A program made the translations under genes and the position numbers. A DNA stretch of 44,945 bases, taken from an uncultured Corynebacterium sp. (GTDB lineage: Bacteria; Actinomycetota; Actinomycetes; Mycobacteriales; Mycobacteriaceae). Each line of letters starts with the position of its first letter. Positions within the stretch are counted from its first letter, which is position 1. This document shows positions 28,705 to 37,304 of this stretch, in pieces. Below the pieces are notes generated by a model that saw only the letters and a list, made by a program, of their open reading frames with translations, was not told the DNA's origin and did no database searches. The DNA is taken from the NCBI GenBank assembly GCA_946222625.1, contig CAMILJ010000001.1, positions 1-44,945 on the forward strand, read 5' to 3'.

Positions 28705-29610
28705 ATGACCGCCGCTGACTACCGTGATTACGTGTGTCAGGAATGTGCACAGACAGTAACGCACGGACTAAATCACACCGTTGATTTCTACATTCACGAC
28801 ATGGAACTTGTCGCCGCCGTTGACCGTGCGATCGAGGCCATGCCAGCTACTACCCGCGTTGATTACTCCGCTACCACCGCTAACACTGTGAACGCGCTAG
28901 GGGTTGCCACGTTCCCGTGCCATGTATGCGGTGACGCTACGCCGGGGGAGCGTTACGCGTTGACCGTTGACCGCGTAGAGGTTGAACTACCCGCCCCGTA
29001 TGTACGTGTGCCCCGTGAGTGGATACGGGATGCGCGTGGCAAAGCACTTGGTCCTATGTGCCAGGACGGTTTGGGGGACGTGGTGATCGCTGCTGAGGAT
29101 CTGGAAACTGTTATTCCCGTGGTGACAGGGTGGATCACGCCGGGTAAGTACGCGACTTACACCGATCGGTTCAACGATGCAGCGGGGCGTACGTATGACC
29201 GCGCCGCCGCGCTCATGGCAGAGTTGCCGTGTACCGTGACTGTGGACGGGTGGATCGCGGGGGAACGTCCCCAATTAGGTTCGACTACCCCACCGGAAGA
29301 TCTGGAGCTGCCAAGCGCGCGCCATGCTGCCAAGCGTGCGAAGCTTCCACAGACCAAGGGCGCTGACTCTGCTGAGGTTGTGAGCGTGCTAGTGCGCGGG
29401 GTGCACGGGGTACCGGATTGTGAGCTTGTGGCCGCGCTGTCCAAGTTTGAGCACCACGTGCCCACCACATGCGGGTGGCTGCGTATGGACGCGGGGCGTA
29501 ACACGTGGCACTCGCAACTCAACGCCACGGGTGGCAAGAAGTTCGCCCGCGCTATCAAGAAACTAATCGCCACGGGTGAGTTTGAGACGCGCGAGTTAGC
29601 CGCCGCTTAA
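28705..29610 (+). CDS. Hypothetical protein with two CxxC pairs (island ORF6)
   Basis: GGGAG RBS; CQEC and CHVC suggest a Zn-binding N-terminal domain. Confidence 0.8.
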   Translation: MTAADYRDYVCQECAQTVTHGLNHTVDFYIHDMELVAAVDRAIEAMPATTRVDYSATTANTVNALGVATFPCHVCGDATPGERYALTVDRVEVELPAPYVRVPREWIRDARGKALGPMCQDGLGDVVIAAEDLETVIPVVTGWITPGKYATYTDRFNDAAGRTYDRAAALMAELPCTVTVDGWIAGERPQLGSTTPPEDLELPSARHAAKRAKLPQTKGADSAEVVSVLVRGVHGVPDCELVAALSKFEHHVPTTCGWLRMDAGRNTWHSQLNATGGKKFARAIKKLIATGEFETRELAAA

Positions 29611-29618
29611 CCCCGCCG

Positions 29619-29711
29619 CCCCGGTTCGCCGGGGGTGTGCCTAGTGCTCATACGCCGTCGCGTGTGGGTGCCAGGGGCAACCCCGCCCACCTACCTACCC
29701 ATCTACCTACC
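29619..29711 (+). repeat. Structured intergenic element copy 5
   Basis: CCCCGG-TTCG-CCGGGG, CCTAGTGCTCATACGC/GCGTGTGGGTGCCAGG, GGGC/GCCC. Confidence 0.9.
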
Positions 29712-29725
29712 GATTGGAAACTGTT

Positions 29726-30142
29726 ATGTCCGCCGTCGATTACGTCGTGAAATACGACATGATCCCCGCCGAAACGCTCCGCAAAATTGTGGAAGCTGAG
29801 GCTATGAAGTACCGTCCCGCCGCCGGTAGCCCGTATAACCAAGATTCTATGCGCCGTCGTAATGAGTCGCTTGGGCAGTTCTATTTTTCGCCGGATACCG
29901 TGCGTTTCTTTAACTCTCGCGTGAACACGATCCTAAACACGGGCGTGTTTGTTGAGGGTGTTACCTCACCGGCGGGGCGTGAGTACCGCGTGATGTGGAT
30001 CAGCCCATGCGGTTCCGTGCACCGGCTGACTGAATTTGTGTTCGCCACCATGCGCACCGCTGACAGGGTTGCCAGGGCGTTCAATGCGGAGATCGCCGCC
30101 GCCGGGGTTGTGCCCCGTGAGTACACGATGCGCTGCGATTAA
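29726..30142 (+). CDS. Hypothetical protein (island ORF7)
   Basis: Contains YFSPDTVRFFNSRV, a motif recalled from phage hypothetical proteins. Confidence 0.8.
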   Translation: MSAVDYVVKYDMIPAETLRKIVEAEAMKYRPAAGSPYNQDSMRRRNESLGQFYFSPDTVRFFNSRVNTILNTGVFVEGVTSPAGREYRVMWISPCGSVHRLTEFVFATMRTADRVARAFNAEIAAAGVVPREYTMRCD

Positions 30143-30151
30143 TTCCCGCCG

Positions 30152-30240
30152 CCCGCGCTGCCAGGCGCGGGGTGTGCCTAGTGTGTCCCGCCTATCGGGG
30201 CACATTGAGGGGCAACCCGCCCGATACCCACCTATCTACC
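30152..30240 (+). repeat. Structured intergenic element copy 6
   Basis: CCCGCGC/GCGCGGG, TAGTGTGTCCCG/CGGGGCACATTG, GGGC/GCCC. Confidence 0.9.
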
Positions 30241-30252
30241 GAAGGATTCATT

Positions 30253-30543
30253 ATGTTGTTCGCTCGCTTTGTCGCTGGTTACATGCGCCGGATCGGTTCC
30301 GTTGACGTGTCTTGTGAGGTGCAAGCACTATGCGCCACCGAACCTAAGATCAACGCACTGATTGAGGCTATCTGTGTGCCTAGTGACATGGCTAGCACGC
30401 TTGGCCAAGACGTTGCCGACGTGATGAACGGGGATGCCACGCCCGCCGATCTGTTTGACGCGTACGGGTGGGACGCGCCTAACCATGAGCGTGCGATTGA
30501 GCTTGTTGCCGACGTTGCCGAAACTATCCGCTTGTACCGCTAA
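30253..30543 (+). CDS. Hypothetical protein (island ORF8)
   Basis: GAAGGA RBS; ATG at 30253. Confidence 0.75.
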   Translation: MLFARFVAGYMRRIGSVDVSCEVQALCATEPKINALIEAICVPSDMASTLGQDVADVMNGDATPADLFDAYGWDAPNHERAIELVADVAETIRLYR

Positions 30544-30580
30544 CCCGCCCACCAATCCCACCGATTTGAGAGAAAGATTC

Positions 30581-31090
30581 ATGGAGATTTTACAGATTCC
30601 TGCGCACCCTGCGTTGCTTTTGTCCGTAGCCCACAATGATGCGATCACGCTTACCGCGCTGGAAGACTTGCTGATTCGCACGATCAACCCGTGCATGTTC
30701 CGTGACTTGCAAGCCCGACTAGATGAAGAATGTGACGATCTTGATGATGATGATCTGGCACTCCATCACCGCGTGTCTACGATCATGAGCTGCCTTGATG
30801 CCGCGATCAAGATGAACGTTGGCCGGGATGGCTTCACCGAGTTCCTGCGTACGCCGTATGCCATGCTGATCGGGGCGCGCTCCGTGCGCCTATATGACAG
30901 TGATGATGATGGCAGTTCTTACCCGTTTGTGGAGTATGAGCTGCCCAAAGACTTGCACAGGTTGTCTGATCCTTTGTACATGTGGAGTGAGGAAGACGCG
31001 GAGAACCTGAAGGAGTTCATGCACGCCCGTGGGTGGCACGTCCAGGGCGTAGCCTCCAGAGACCCACTTGTTTTTGTGCGTGAGTGCTAG
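30581..31090 (+). CDS. Hypothetical acidic protein (island ORF9)
   Basis: GAAAG RBS; ATG at 30581. Confidence 0.75.
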   Translation: MEILQIPAHPALLLSVAHNDAITLTALEDLLIRTINPCMFRDLQARLDEECDDLDDDDLALHHRVSTIMSCLDAAIKMNVGRDGFTEFLRTPYAMLIGARSVRLYDSDDDGSSYPFVEYELPKDLHRLSDPLYMWSEEDAENLKEFMHARGWHVQGVASRDPLVFVREC

Positions 31091-31098
31091 GGGAATCA

Positions 31099-31791
31099 AT
31101 GATGGAACCGTTCTACCAGGACAATTCCGTAACCCTGTACAACACGGACGCCGCTACCCTACTAGCTGAACTTGCAGACAACACGGGTGTTGTCATCACC
31201 GATCCGCCTTATGACGCGCGTACGCACACGGGGGCGCGCAGCAACAACCGAAAGCGCGAGGACGGGATCAGCGAGTTCCCACCGATTGACCATGCGGAGC
31301 TAATGCGAATCCTTGCAGAGTGTGGGCGTGTGTCCGGGCGTTGGGTGGTGGCAAACCTTGCGTATTCCGCCGCGTTTGAGCTAGAGAAACAACCGCCGGA
31401 CGGCTTGCGCATGATGCGGATCGGGGTGTGGGTGAAGACCAATCCCACGCCGCAGCTCACCGGGGATCGTCCTGCCCAGGGCTGGGAGGCTATCGCGTAC
31501 ATGCACCCGCGTGGGCGCGCGCGCTGGAATGGTGGCGGCAAGCACGGCAATTTCGTGTCCACTGCCGCGCGTGTGACCGCGCACCCGACTGAGAAACCGG
31601 AGGGCATGGTGCGCCAATTTGTTGAGTGGTTCACCGATCCGGGTGATGTGGTGGTTGATCCGTTCGCCGGCTCGGGTACTACGCTGGTCGCCGCGCGCGA
31701 TATGGGCCGGCGTGCTATCGGGTGCGAGGTTGACCCGAAGTACTGCCAGATGATTGTTGACCGTTTGTCACAACAAGTGATCCCTATTTAG
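31099..31791 (+). CDS. DNA methyltransferase (N6-adenine/N4-cytosine, beta class)
   Basis: DPPY catalytic motif precedes HPTEKP and the DPFAGSGTT SAM-binding motif. Confidence 0.95.
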   Translation: MMEPFYQDNSVTLYNTDAATLLAELADNTGVVITDPPYDARTHTGARSNNRKREDGISEFPPIDHAELMRILAECGRVSGRWVVANLAYSAAFELEKQPPDGLRMMRIGVWVKTNPTPQLTGDRPAQGWEAIAYMHPRGRARWNGGGKHGNFVSTAARVTAHPTEKPEGMVRQFVEWFTDPGDVVVDPFAGSGTTLVAARDMGRRAIGCEVDPKYCQMIVDRLSQQVIPI

Positions 31792-31848
31792 GCACTCTCG
31801 GCCAATATAGGGTTGCGCTACGTATTTTTTGAGCTTGGAGGTGTCCCA

Positions 31849-32034
31849 ATGGGGACGTTTGATTCATGTGCGGTGTTCCTATCCGTATTGGTGTTCGTGG
31901 TTGGGTTTCCTGTGTTACTGGTGGCGCAGATTGTGATTGCTTTTGGCTGGTGGTCGCCTGTGGTGTTGTTTGGTGTGGGGGTGTTCAGTGTGGCGTTGTG
32001 GAAACTGTCGGCACTTGTCGAACGTTTGCGCTAA
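31849..32034 (+). CDS. Small two-TM membrane protein
   Basis: GGAGGT RBS; hydrophobic 61 aa. Confidence 0.6.
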   Translation: MGTFDSCAVFLSVLVFVVGFPVLLVAQIVIAFGWWSPVVLFGVGVFSVALWKLSALVERLR

Positions 32035-32076
32035 TCTGTCTTTCTGTAAATCTCCTAACCTACTAAGGATTTAACA

Positions 32077-32352
32077 TTGGCTTTCGAGTTCCGCACCTTT
32101 GGGAAGGTGCACTACACGGTGGAAGAATCCCTACTTTCGGGCTACACCCACGACATGCTTTTTTGGCCTATGGACGGCTCTATCCAGACTGCGCACATCG
32201 TCCCCCTGAACACGCGTTCTAACGCGCGTGCATGGCTTGCAGCTGACGAGTACGCCCAGTTCTCACACGACCAAATCTTGAAGTGGTGCCAGCGCGACCA
32301 GGAAGCAACCCGCGAGGCTGACTTCCAGCTCAACCGCGAGCTGTACACCTAA
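32077..32352 (+). CDS. Hypothetical protein
   Basis: TAAGGA RBS, TTG start, CTAACCTAC leader. Confidence 0.7.
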   Translation: MAFEFRTFGKVHYTVEESLLSGYTHDMLFWPMDGSIQTAHIVPLNTRSNARAWLAADEYAQFSHDQILKWCQRDQEATREADFQLNRELYT

Positions 32353-32366
32353 CCCACACAAAAATT

Positions 32367-32414
32367 AGCCCCCTATACGCGCGTACGCATCACGCACGCG
32401 GGTTAGGGGGCTTT
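32367..32414. terminator. Bidirectional terminator-like hairpin between convergent units
   Basis: AGCCCCCTA...TAGGGGGCT, with an A-run before and T's after. Confidence 0.7.
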
Positions 32415-32424
32415 GTGCTGCCGG

Positions 32425-32748
32425 TTAGAGCCAGTCGCGGGAGGTGGAGGCGCTGATTTCGTTGGCTGCGGCTTGTTCGGCGCGCCATTGCGCTAGGGAC
32501 ATGTTCTGGCGGGAGGAATTGCAGCGCAGGTGAGCCGGGGCAAGCCACTGAGGGTCAACACGACGCGGATCGTCCTCATCTAGCTCGGATAGGGGGATCA
32601 GGTGGTCCACGCTGAAACTGTCAGGGTCTGGGAACTCCAGATCCATGTCGATTGCATTGCCGCAGAGGTGGCATATCTGAGATCGGCGTTTCACGACCTC
32701 CACGGCACGCCTCCAGGGGCGTCCAGCGCGCCCAGACGTCTTCGCCAT
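32425..32748 (-). CDS. HNH endonuclease (packaging-associated type)
   Basis: CHLC...SVDHLIP...AHLRCNSSR. Confidence 0.93.
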   Translation of the reverse strand: MAKTSGRAGRPWRRAVEVVKRRSQICHLCGNAIDMDLEFPDPDSFSVDHLIPLSELDEDDPRRVDPQWLAPAHLRCNSSRQNMSLAQWRAEQAAANEISASTSRDWL

Positions 32749-32761
32749 GGCCTACTCTCCC

Positions 32762-33172
32762 TTAGTCGTCTTCTACGCTGAGTTGGAGCCACATGTGCGC
32801 GTTGTTGGCCCCGTTGGCGGGGTGGATTACGGGTTCGGGCTTGATCATGTACTCGGGTGTGTCGTCTTCAACCAGGCCCGCGTCTACTATGCCGTCACAG
32901 ATGGGTTTGAGGGAAGCAACCAAGTTGTCGGTGTCCCTGCGCCTGTTATCGCGCGGCTGGTAGTGCAGCTCCACGCGTAAGCGCTGCCCTTTGCGTAGCG
33001 GGGCACGCTTATTCACGCCTGTGCCTAGTGTCCACGCGATATGCGCGCGTACGTGGCGCGTGATGCGGTGTTTCTGCCGCCAGTGCATCCGGTCGTTGAG
33101 GCTAAGCGGTGGTTTCTTCCAGGGGAGCGGGATTGTTAGCTCGTCCCAGTTGAAGGTGTGGTCACTGTACAC
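32762..33172 (-). CDS. rusA: RusA-like Holliday junction resolvase
   Basis: RRRDTDNLVASLKPICDGIVDAGLVEDD motif. Confidence 0.88.
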   Translation of the reverse strand: MYSDHTFNWDELTIPLPWKKPPLSLNDRMHWRQKHRITRHVRAHIAWTLGTGVNKRAPLRKGQRLRVELHYQPRDNRRRDTDNLVASLKPICDGIVDAGLVEDDTPEYMIKPEPVIHPANGANNAHMWLQLSVEDD

Positions 33173-33602
33173 GGTTGGTCGCCTCCTTTAGGCGTTGTTG
33201 GAGTTTGAGTGCTGTTTCTGGTAGCTCTCGCCCGCGTTGTTTGGTGGCTTCGAGGGCTTTGTGTTTCCCGGCTCGGATCTTGCGGTCTAGTTCACGTTGG
33301 CGCGCTTCCCTTCGGGCTTCGACCTCAGCCCTGCCTTCGGGCGTGGCTTGCTTGGCGTCTCGTGCGCGTCTCGCACCCGCGAGGACGTTGGCTGGCATAC
33401 AGCGACGCCCTTTTTCCTCATGCCGGTAGAAGTCTGTTACCCCGTCCAGCATTTCGTCCAGGGTGTAGTCGCTGGGGAATAGTACGCGCGCCCACCCGTC
33501 TGCCATGGCGAGGTCTGCGTTGTAGAAGCCGGGGTCGATCAGCTTGATTGCTTGCAGGACTTTCCCGGCGACTGCGATTTCCTCCGGGCTTGGATTCCTC
33601 AT
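33162..33602 (-). CDS. Hypothetical protein (possible helicase-loader-associated)
   Basis: Downstream of the replication initiator; W..VL...A/GV..FY...MPA pattern. Confidence 0.6.
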   Translation of the reverse strand: MRNPSPEEIAVAGKVLQAIKLIDPGFYNADLAMADGWARVLFPSDYTLDEMLDGVTDFYRHEEKGRRCMPANVLAGARRARDAKQATPEGRAEVEARREARQRELDRKIRAGKHKALEATKQRGRELPETALKLQQRLKEATNRVQ

Positions 33603-33967
33603 GGCCGCGCGTGCTCCAGAGGGTGAAAGTTCTCTGGGAGTAGGGGCACTGCGTCGTGCATGGCGGGGATGAGGATTGTGGAGGCGTTGAGGATCTGCCC
33701 TTGGGTTAGTGCTGGATGCCAGTAGATTGCTTGAATGTCGTAGACGCGTCCGGCGAGTTTGTGGAGTTCTCCGATTGCGTGTGCGCGTGAGTTGCCGGGG
33801 GCTTTGACTTGGTGTGCGAGGTCGCGTGCTTCGCGGACTGTGTTGGCGACGATGATGATGTTTTTGGGGTTGACTGTTTGGGGGTTGAGTCGGCTGGTTG
33901 CGCGGGTTCCGATTTGGGTTTTTACGGTGGCCCAGGGAACTAGACCTTTTAGCATTTCAAGATTCAT
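33599..33967 (-). CDS. Hypothetical protein
   Basis: TAAGGA RBS; stop overlaps the next start. Confidence 0.65.
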   Translation of the reverse strand: MNLEMLKGLVPWATVKTQIGTRATSRLNPQTVNPKNIIIVANTVREARDLAHQVKAPGNSRAHAIGELHKLAGRVYDIQAIYWHPALTQGQILNASTILIPAMHDAVPLLPENFHPLEHARP

Positions 33968-33981
33968 TGTTTTTTCCTTAT

Positions 33982-35118
33982 TTAGAATGGAATGTCGTTG
34001 TCCTCTATATCTATGGGATTTTTTTGGTCTTCAACCTCCTCCCAACCGTCCGCATCGACCACGTCTGTGCGCGTTTCTAAGGCTTCAAAATTCCGTGTCG
34101 GCACACTCACCCCATTTAGGGACTGCTCGTCGCCCAGCGAGCCAGCTGGCCCATGATTTGAGCGTGTATCAAACGCATCGAGGAACGCATCGAGGTCATT
34201 CGGCTGTTTTTTGCCCTGATTCCGGGGCGGCAACGGGTCATCCTCCCAACAACCGGCATTTAACCAGGTAGACGGGTGTTTTGTGAACTCGTCAACCCGA
34301 TTTGGGTCGTCCCGATACTCACGCATTTTTTGCACAATGACCTGCGGAGACTCCAGCTTCACAGCTTTCTCCCAGGCTCGGCGTGCCGCCTGCTTGCCAA
34401 CCTTCCTCGGAACCACGGCCCAAAAATCGTCGAAGCCGGCCGCACCTTTTTGGGAGTTTTTGGGATCAGCGTCAGCTGATCGGATCGGATTGGATTGGAT
34501 TACCCCGCCTCGCTGTGACACCCCTTTGTGACATTCGTGTGAGTCACGGGAGGGTGTCACATGTGAGTCACGCGTGACATTTTTGCGTTCTTGCTGGTAA
34601 TCGGATTTTTGGAGGTTCGATTTGAGCGCACTTTGTGTCGCATTTGAACCCAGATCCGACTCATAGTCGAGTCCCGTTTGGGTTGAATTACGATCCATAG
34701 TTGAGTCACTTTCACGTCGAAAGTGGATCGCTTTCGGATCGTTTTCGTGATCAGATTGCTCCGATTTCGATCCCTCGTGAGCCTTTCTCTCGCGCGATTT
34801 GCGCTTCCTCTCGGCTCCATCTTCACGCTCTTTCAACACCTGTTTACGTGTGGCTTGCCACCTAGACCAATCATGGAAGCGATACACTTTCGATCCACTT
34901 TCGGATCGATCTTCGATCCACAGCCCGGCGGAAATGAGCGCATTTACTTGTGAACTCGTGCCCTTGAAACGCTTAACTTGAGTCGCTGGAATGACCCCAT
35001 CGGTGAGGTATTTGCCGCACCAGGCACCTGCCTTTGCCCACAATCCAACTGCTGCATTGGGTACGTCTAAGAACTTTGGGTGATCGTAAAAACTGTCATC
35101 GACCTTAAACCAGGGCAC
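33982..35118 (-). CDS. Replication initiator protein (RepA/O-like)
   Basis: PWFKVDD..YDHPK N-terminus, FHDW, FDDFWAVVPRKVGKQAARRAW and HPSTWLN motifs; internal iteron-like repeats. Confidence 0.85.
   Translation of the reverse strand: MPWFKVDDSFYDHPKFLDVPNAAVGLWAKAGAWCGKYLTDGVIPATQVKRFKGTSSQVNALISAGLWIEDRSESGSKVYRFHDWSRWQATRKQVLKEREDGAERKRKSRERKAHEGSKSEQSDHENDPKAIHFRRESDSTMDRNSTQTGLDYESDLGSNATQSALKSNLQKSDYQQERKNVTRDSHVTPSRDSHECHKGVSQRGGVIQSNPIRSADADPKNSQKGAAGFDDFWAVVPRKVGKQAARRAWEKAVKLESPQVIVQKMREYRDDPNRVDEFTKHPSTWLNAGCWEDDPLPPRNQGKKQPNDLDAFLDAFDTRSNHGPAGSLGDEQSLNGVSVPTRNFEALETRTDVVDADGWEEVEDQKNPIDIEDNDIPF
34514..34579. repeat. Iteron-like cluster (TGTGACA/TGTGAGTCACG), putative origin
   Basis: Sites at 34514, 34527, 34538, 34555 (inverted), 34562 and 34574 inside the initiator gene. 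Confidence 0.65.
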
Positions 35119-35163
35119 GAAACAAACCTCCTCCCATTACGTGTGCGCGTGTACGTACGCGCA

Positions 35164-35415
35164 TTAGTTGTCACCCTTGTTGAGGTGCCCCACAAGCAAA
35201 CGCATGTAGCTAGGAGGTACCTCCTCAAGGATTAGTAGCTCTAGTAGTTGCCCGTTCTCTTCCCATATTTCGTCGGGCAGTGACACGGCGGTGTTGGCTG
35301 CGCACATTGCCCGTTCCCAGGTTGGGAATGGCCAGTAGTTGCCGTGCCCGGTGCTGACTACCCAGTATTTGTAGGCGCGGGATTTCCATACCCACGCGCG
35401 AGTTGTGAACTCCAT
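35164..35415 (-). CDS. Hypothetical Trp-rich protein
   Basis: AGGAG RBS; operon context. Confidence 0.65.
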   Translation of the reverse strand: MEFTTRAWVWKSRAYKYWVVSTGHGNYWPFPTWERAMCAANTAVSLPDEIWEENGQLLELLILEEVPPSYMRLLVGHLNKGDN

Positions 35416-35424
35416 GCTTTCTCC

Positions 35425-35952
35425 TTAGAACGGCGGGTTGTTCTGGTCTTGGGTGGGCCAGGGGCTGCCGCCTTGGGGCAGGGTCTGCTGCTGCATGTTC
35501 TGCTGGGGTTGCGGCTGAGTCTGCTGCTGCATGTTCTGCTGCGGTTGCTGAGGCTGCTGGGCCTGACCGTTCCACTCATAGCCGGTGTTCGGCGTGACTT
35601 GCGGGGCACTCTGACTAGGGCCATTTTTGTCACGCTTACGAAACACGCGCATGGCCCACGCGTTAACCCGGATACGCAAACGCTGGGTGCCTTGGTACTC
35701 TTCCATCTCCTGATACAGCTCACCTACAACGCGCACCCCGTCACCCTTCTCTGGGGCAACGACACCTTCCGGCACGTTGAACCACTGCACATCCAGGAAG
35801 ATCTCGTTAACAGTCTGCCACTCGTCACGTTCATCCTTGCGGCGCTTCGACGCGGCCACACGCGCAAAGATGTACCTGTTTCCGTTGCGGTCCCGTCCTT
35901 CGGTAGCGTCGGCTACTGCACGTCCATCAACAATGATTTCTGGCAAGCTCAT
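35425..35952 (-). CDS. ssb: Single-stranded DNA-binding protein
   Basis: OB-fold motifs (KGDGVRVVGEL), Q-rich linker, C-terminal PPF. Confidence 0.9.
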   Translation of the reverse strand: MSLPEIIVDGRAVADATEGRDRNGNRYIFARVAASKRRKDERDEWQTVNEIFLDVQWFNVPEGVVAPEKGDGVRVVGELYQEMEEYQGTQRLRIRVNAWAMRVFRKRDKNGPSQSAPQVTPNTGYEWNGQAQQPQQPQQNMQQQTQPQPQQNMQQQTLPQGGSPWPTQDQNNPPF

Positions 35953-35954
35953 GC

Positions 35955-36311
35955 CTAGCCCTCCCTTTCGTCCATAGCGTGACCAATCCCGATACCGTGC
36001 ATGATGTGCTTCACGCACTCGTTCAAGATTTCTTCTCGCTCGGTCTGGGTTGTGCCACAACCCTTGTAGTCGTGAATGGCTACACCCAGGGCCTGCGCGA
36101 GGACGTGAATTGCGTCCTCCTTGTCGAAGTTCTCCGCGTGCTCGGTGATGATGGACACTTCCCCAACAATCGAGGTGGGCACTTCTGCTGCGGCGTCGCC
36201 GGCATTCTGCGCGGACTCCCACCCGTCGTAGACCATGACGCTGATTCCGGCTTTCACATGGTCGGGGAGTTCCAAACCGGCGTCGGGCTGTGGGATTAGG
36301 TAGTTAATCAT
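35955..36311 (-). CDS. Hypothetical protein
   Basis: AAGGAG RBS; start reassigned to MINYL. Confidence 0.7.
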   Translation of the reverse strand: MINYLIPQPDAGLELPDHVKAGISVMVYDGWESAQNAGDAAAEVPTSIVGEVSIITEHAENFDKEDAIHVLAQALGVAIHDYKGCGTTQTEREEILNECVKHIMHGIGIGHAMDEREG

Positions 36312-36636
36312 TGGTGTTCTCCTTGTAGTTTGCTGCTGCGAGTAGTGTGTGGGCAATGACGTCCGCCTCATCTTCGGTGAGCACTAGGCGAAATGATTGT
36401 TCGTTGTAGTCATGCCCAAAGATGACGATGTGCTCCCTCATGCGGCGAATATCGCCTATGGGGCCGGGTAGGTACCACGTTGCGCCGTGAGTTATGCCCC
36501 AGTCAGGATCCGGCAGGTCTTCAGCTAGCAACCCGGCCTGGGCGAGTGCTTCTACGGCGTCTTGGGGGTGGATGCGGAGTTCTCCGGGGCGGCGGGCATC
36601 TTCGAGCACCGCGAGCGCACGGTCATAGTTAGTCAT
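36304..36636 (-). CDS. Hypothetical protein, GLLAxDL paralog 1
   Basis: Coupled ORF sharing a motif with the two upstream genes. Confidence 0.75.
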   Translation of the reverse strand: MTNYDRALAVLEDARRPGELRIHPQDAVEALAQAGLLAEDLPDPDWGITHGATWYLPGPIGDIRRMREHIVIFGHDYNEQSFRLVLTEDEADVIAHTLLAAANYKENTND

Positions 36637-36982
36637 CGTGAGCGTCCTTCCAGTCACATGCGGCGAGGATTCTGCGGGCGAGTTCGCGCCCCTGAGTGGT
36701 GTTGGTGATACGGATTTCGCCCGGCTCCGGGTCGGGGTCTGTCAGGTAAGTGTCTTCGTCACGATCGTCATAGCAGACGGAGATTTCCCCGCCATTCAGG
36801 CTGACGTAGCCGTCTACCACTGCCCATTCCAGTTCCCCAGTATCGGGAAAGACGGACGGATCTAGCAGGTCTTCGGCCAGTAGCCCGTAGTCAGCTAGGT
36901 GCTTTGCGATGCGTGCGGGGCTATCCCCGTTTTTCATGCCGTGGGCGATGATGTTCGCGGCCCGGGTGTGGTTATCCATCAT
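36629..36982 (-). CDS. Hypothetical protein, GLLAxDL paralog 2
   Basis: LADYGLLAEDL. Confidence 0.75.
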   Translation of the reverse strand: MMDNHTRAANIIAHGMKNGDSPARIAKHLADYGLLAEDLLDPSVFPDTGELEWAVVDGYVSLNGGEISVCYDDRDEDTYLTDPDPEPGEIRITNTTQGRELARRILAACDWKDAHDD

Positions 36983-37304
36983 GGTCTCCTGCGTGTTGGG
37001 CTGCTGCGAGTAGGGCGAGGGCCTGCTTAGTAGCTGATTGCTGTGTGTAAATCGCCTCTCGGAATTCCGTATCTGGGTAGGTGGGCGGTATGCCCATGCG
37101 TACTTCCCCGTCTTGGAACGCGGTCACCATAAGGCCCTTATCCGGCCTCCAGACTGGTGTGCCGTTAGCGCTCACAATGTCTTCCCCCGGCAGGTCTGGT
37201 GCCAGTAGCCCGTAGTTGGCTAGGGTCTCGGCGGTGAGGTAGGGGCCGTATCCCTTCTGCGCGCACAACGTGATGACCTGCGCGGCCTGGTCAAGGTTAG
37301 TCAT
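36972..37304 (-). CDS. Hypothetical protein, GLLAxDL paralog 3
   Basis: LANYGLLAPDL. Confidence 0.75.
   Translation of the reverse strand: MTNLDQAAQVITLCAQKGYGPYLTAETLANYGLLAPDLPGEDIVSANGTPVWRPDKGLMVTAFQDGEVRMGIPPTYPDTEFREAIYTQQSATKQALALLAAAQHAGDHDG

Noticed and set aside
26891..30240. Repeats as a CRISPR array or canonical integron attC sites
   Set aside because: Units are ~90 bp separated by whole genes of variable length. There are no cas genes and no consistent RYYYAAC/GTTRRRY ends, and the integrase is a phage type.
35481..35545. Repeat encoding QQNMQQQT twice in ssb
   Set aside because: Ordinary low-complexity SSB linker duplication.
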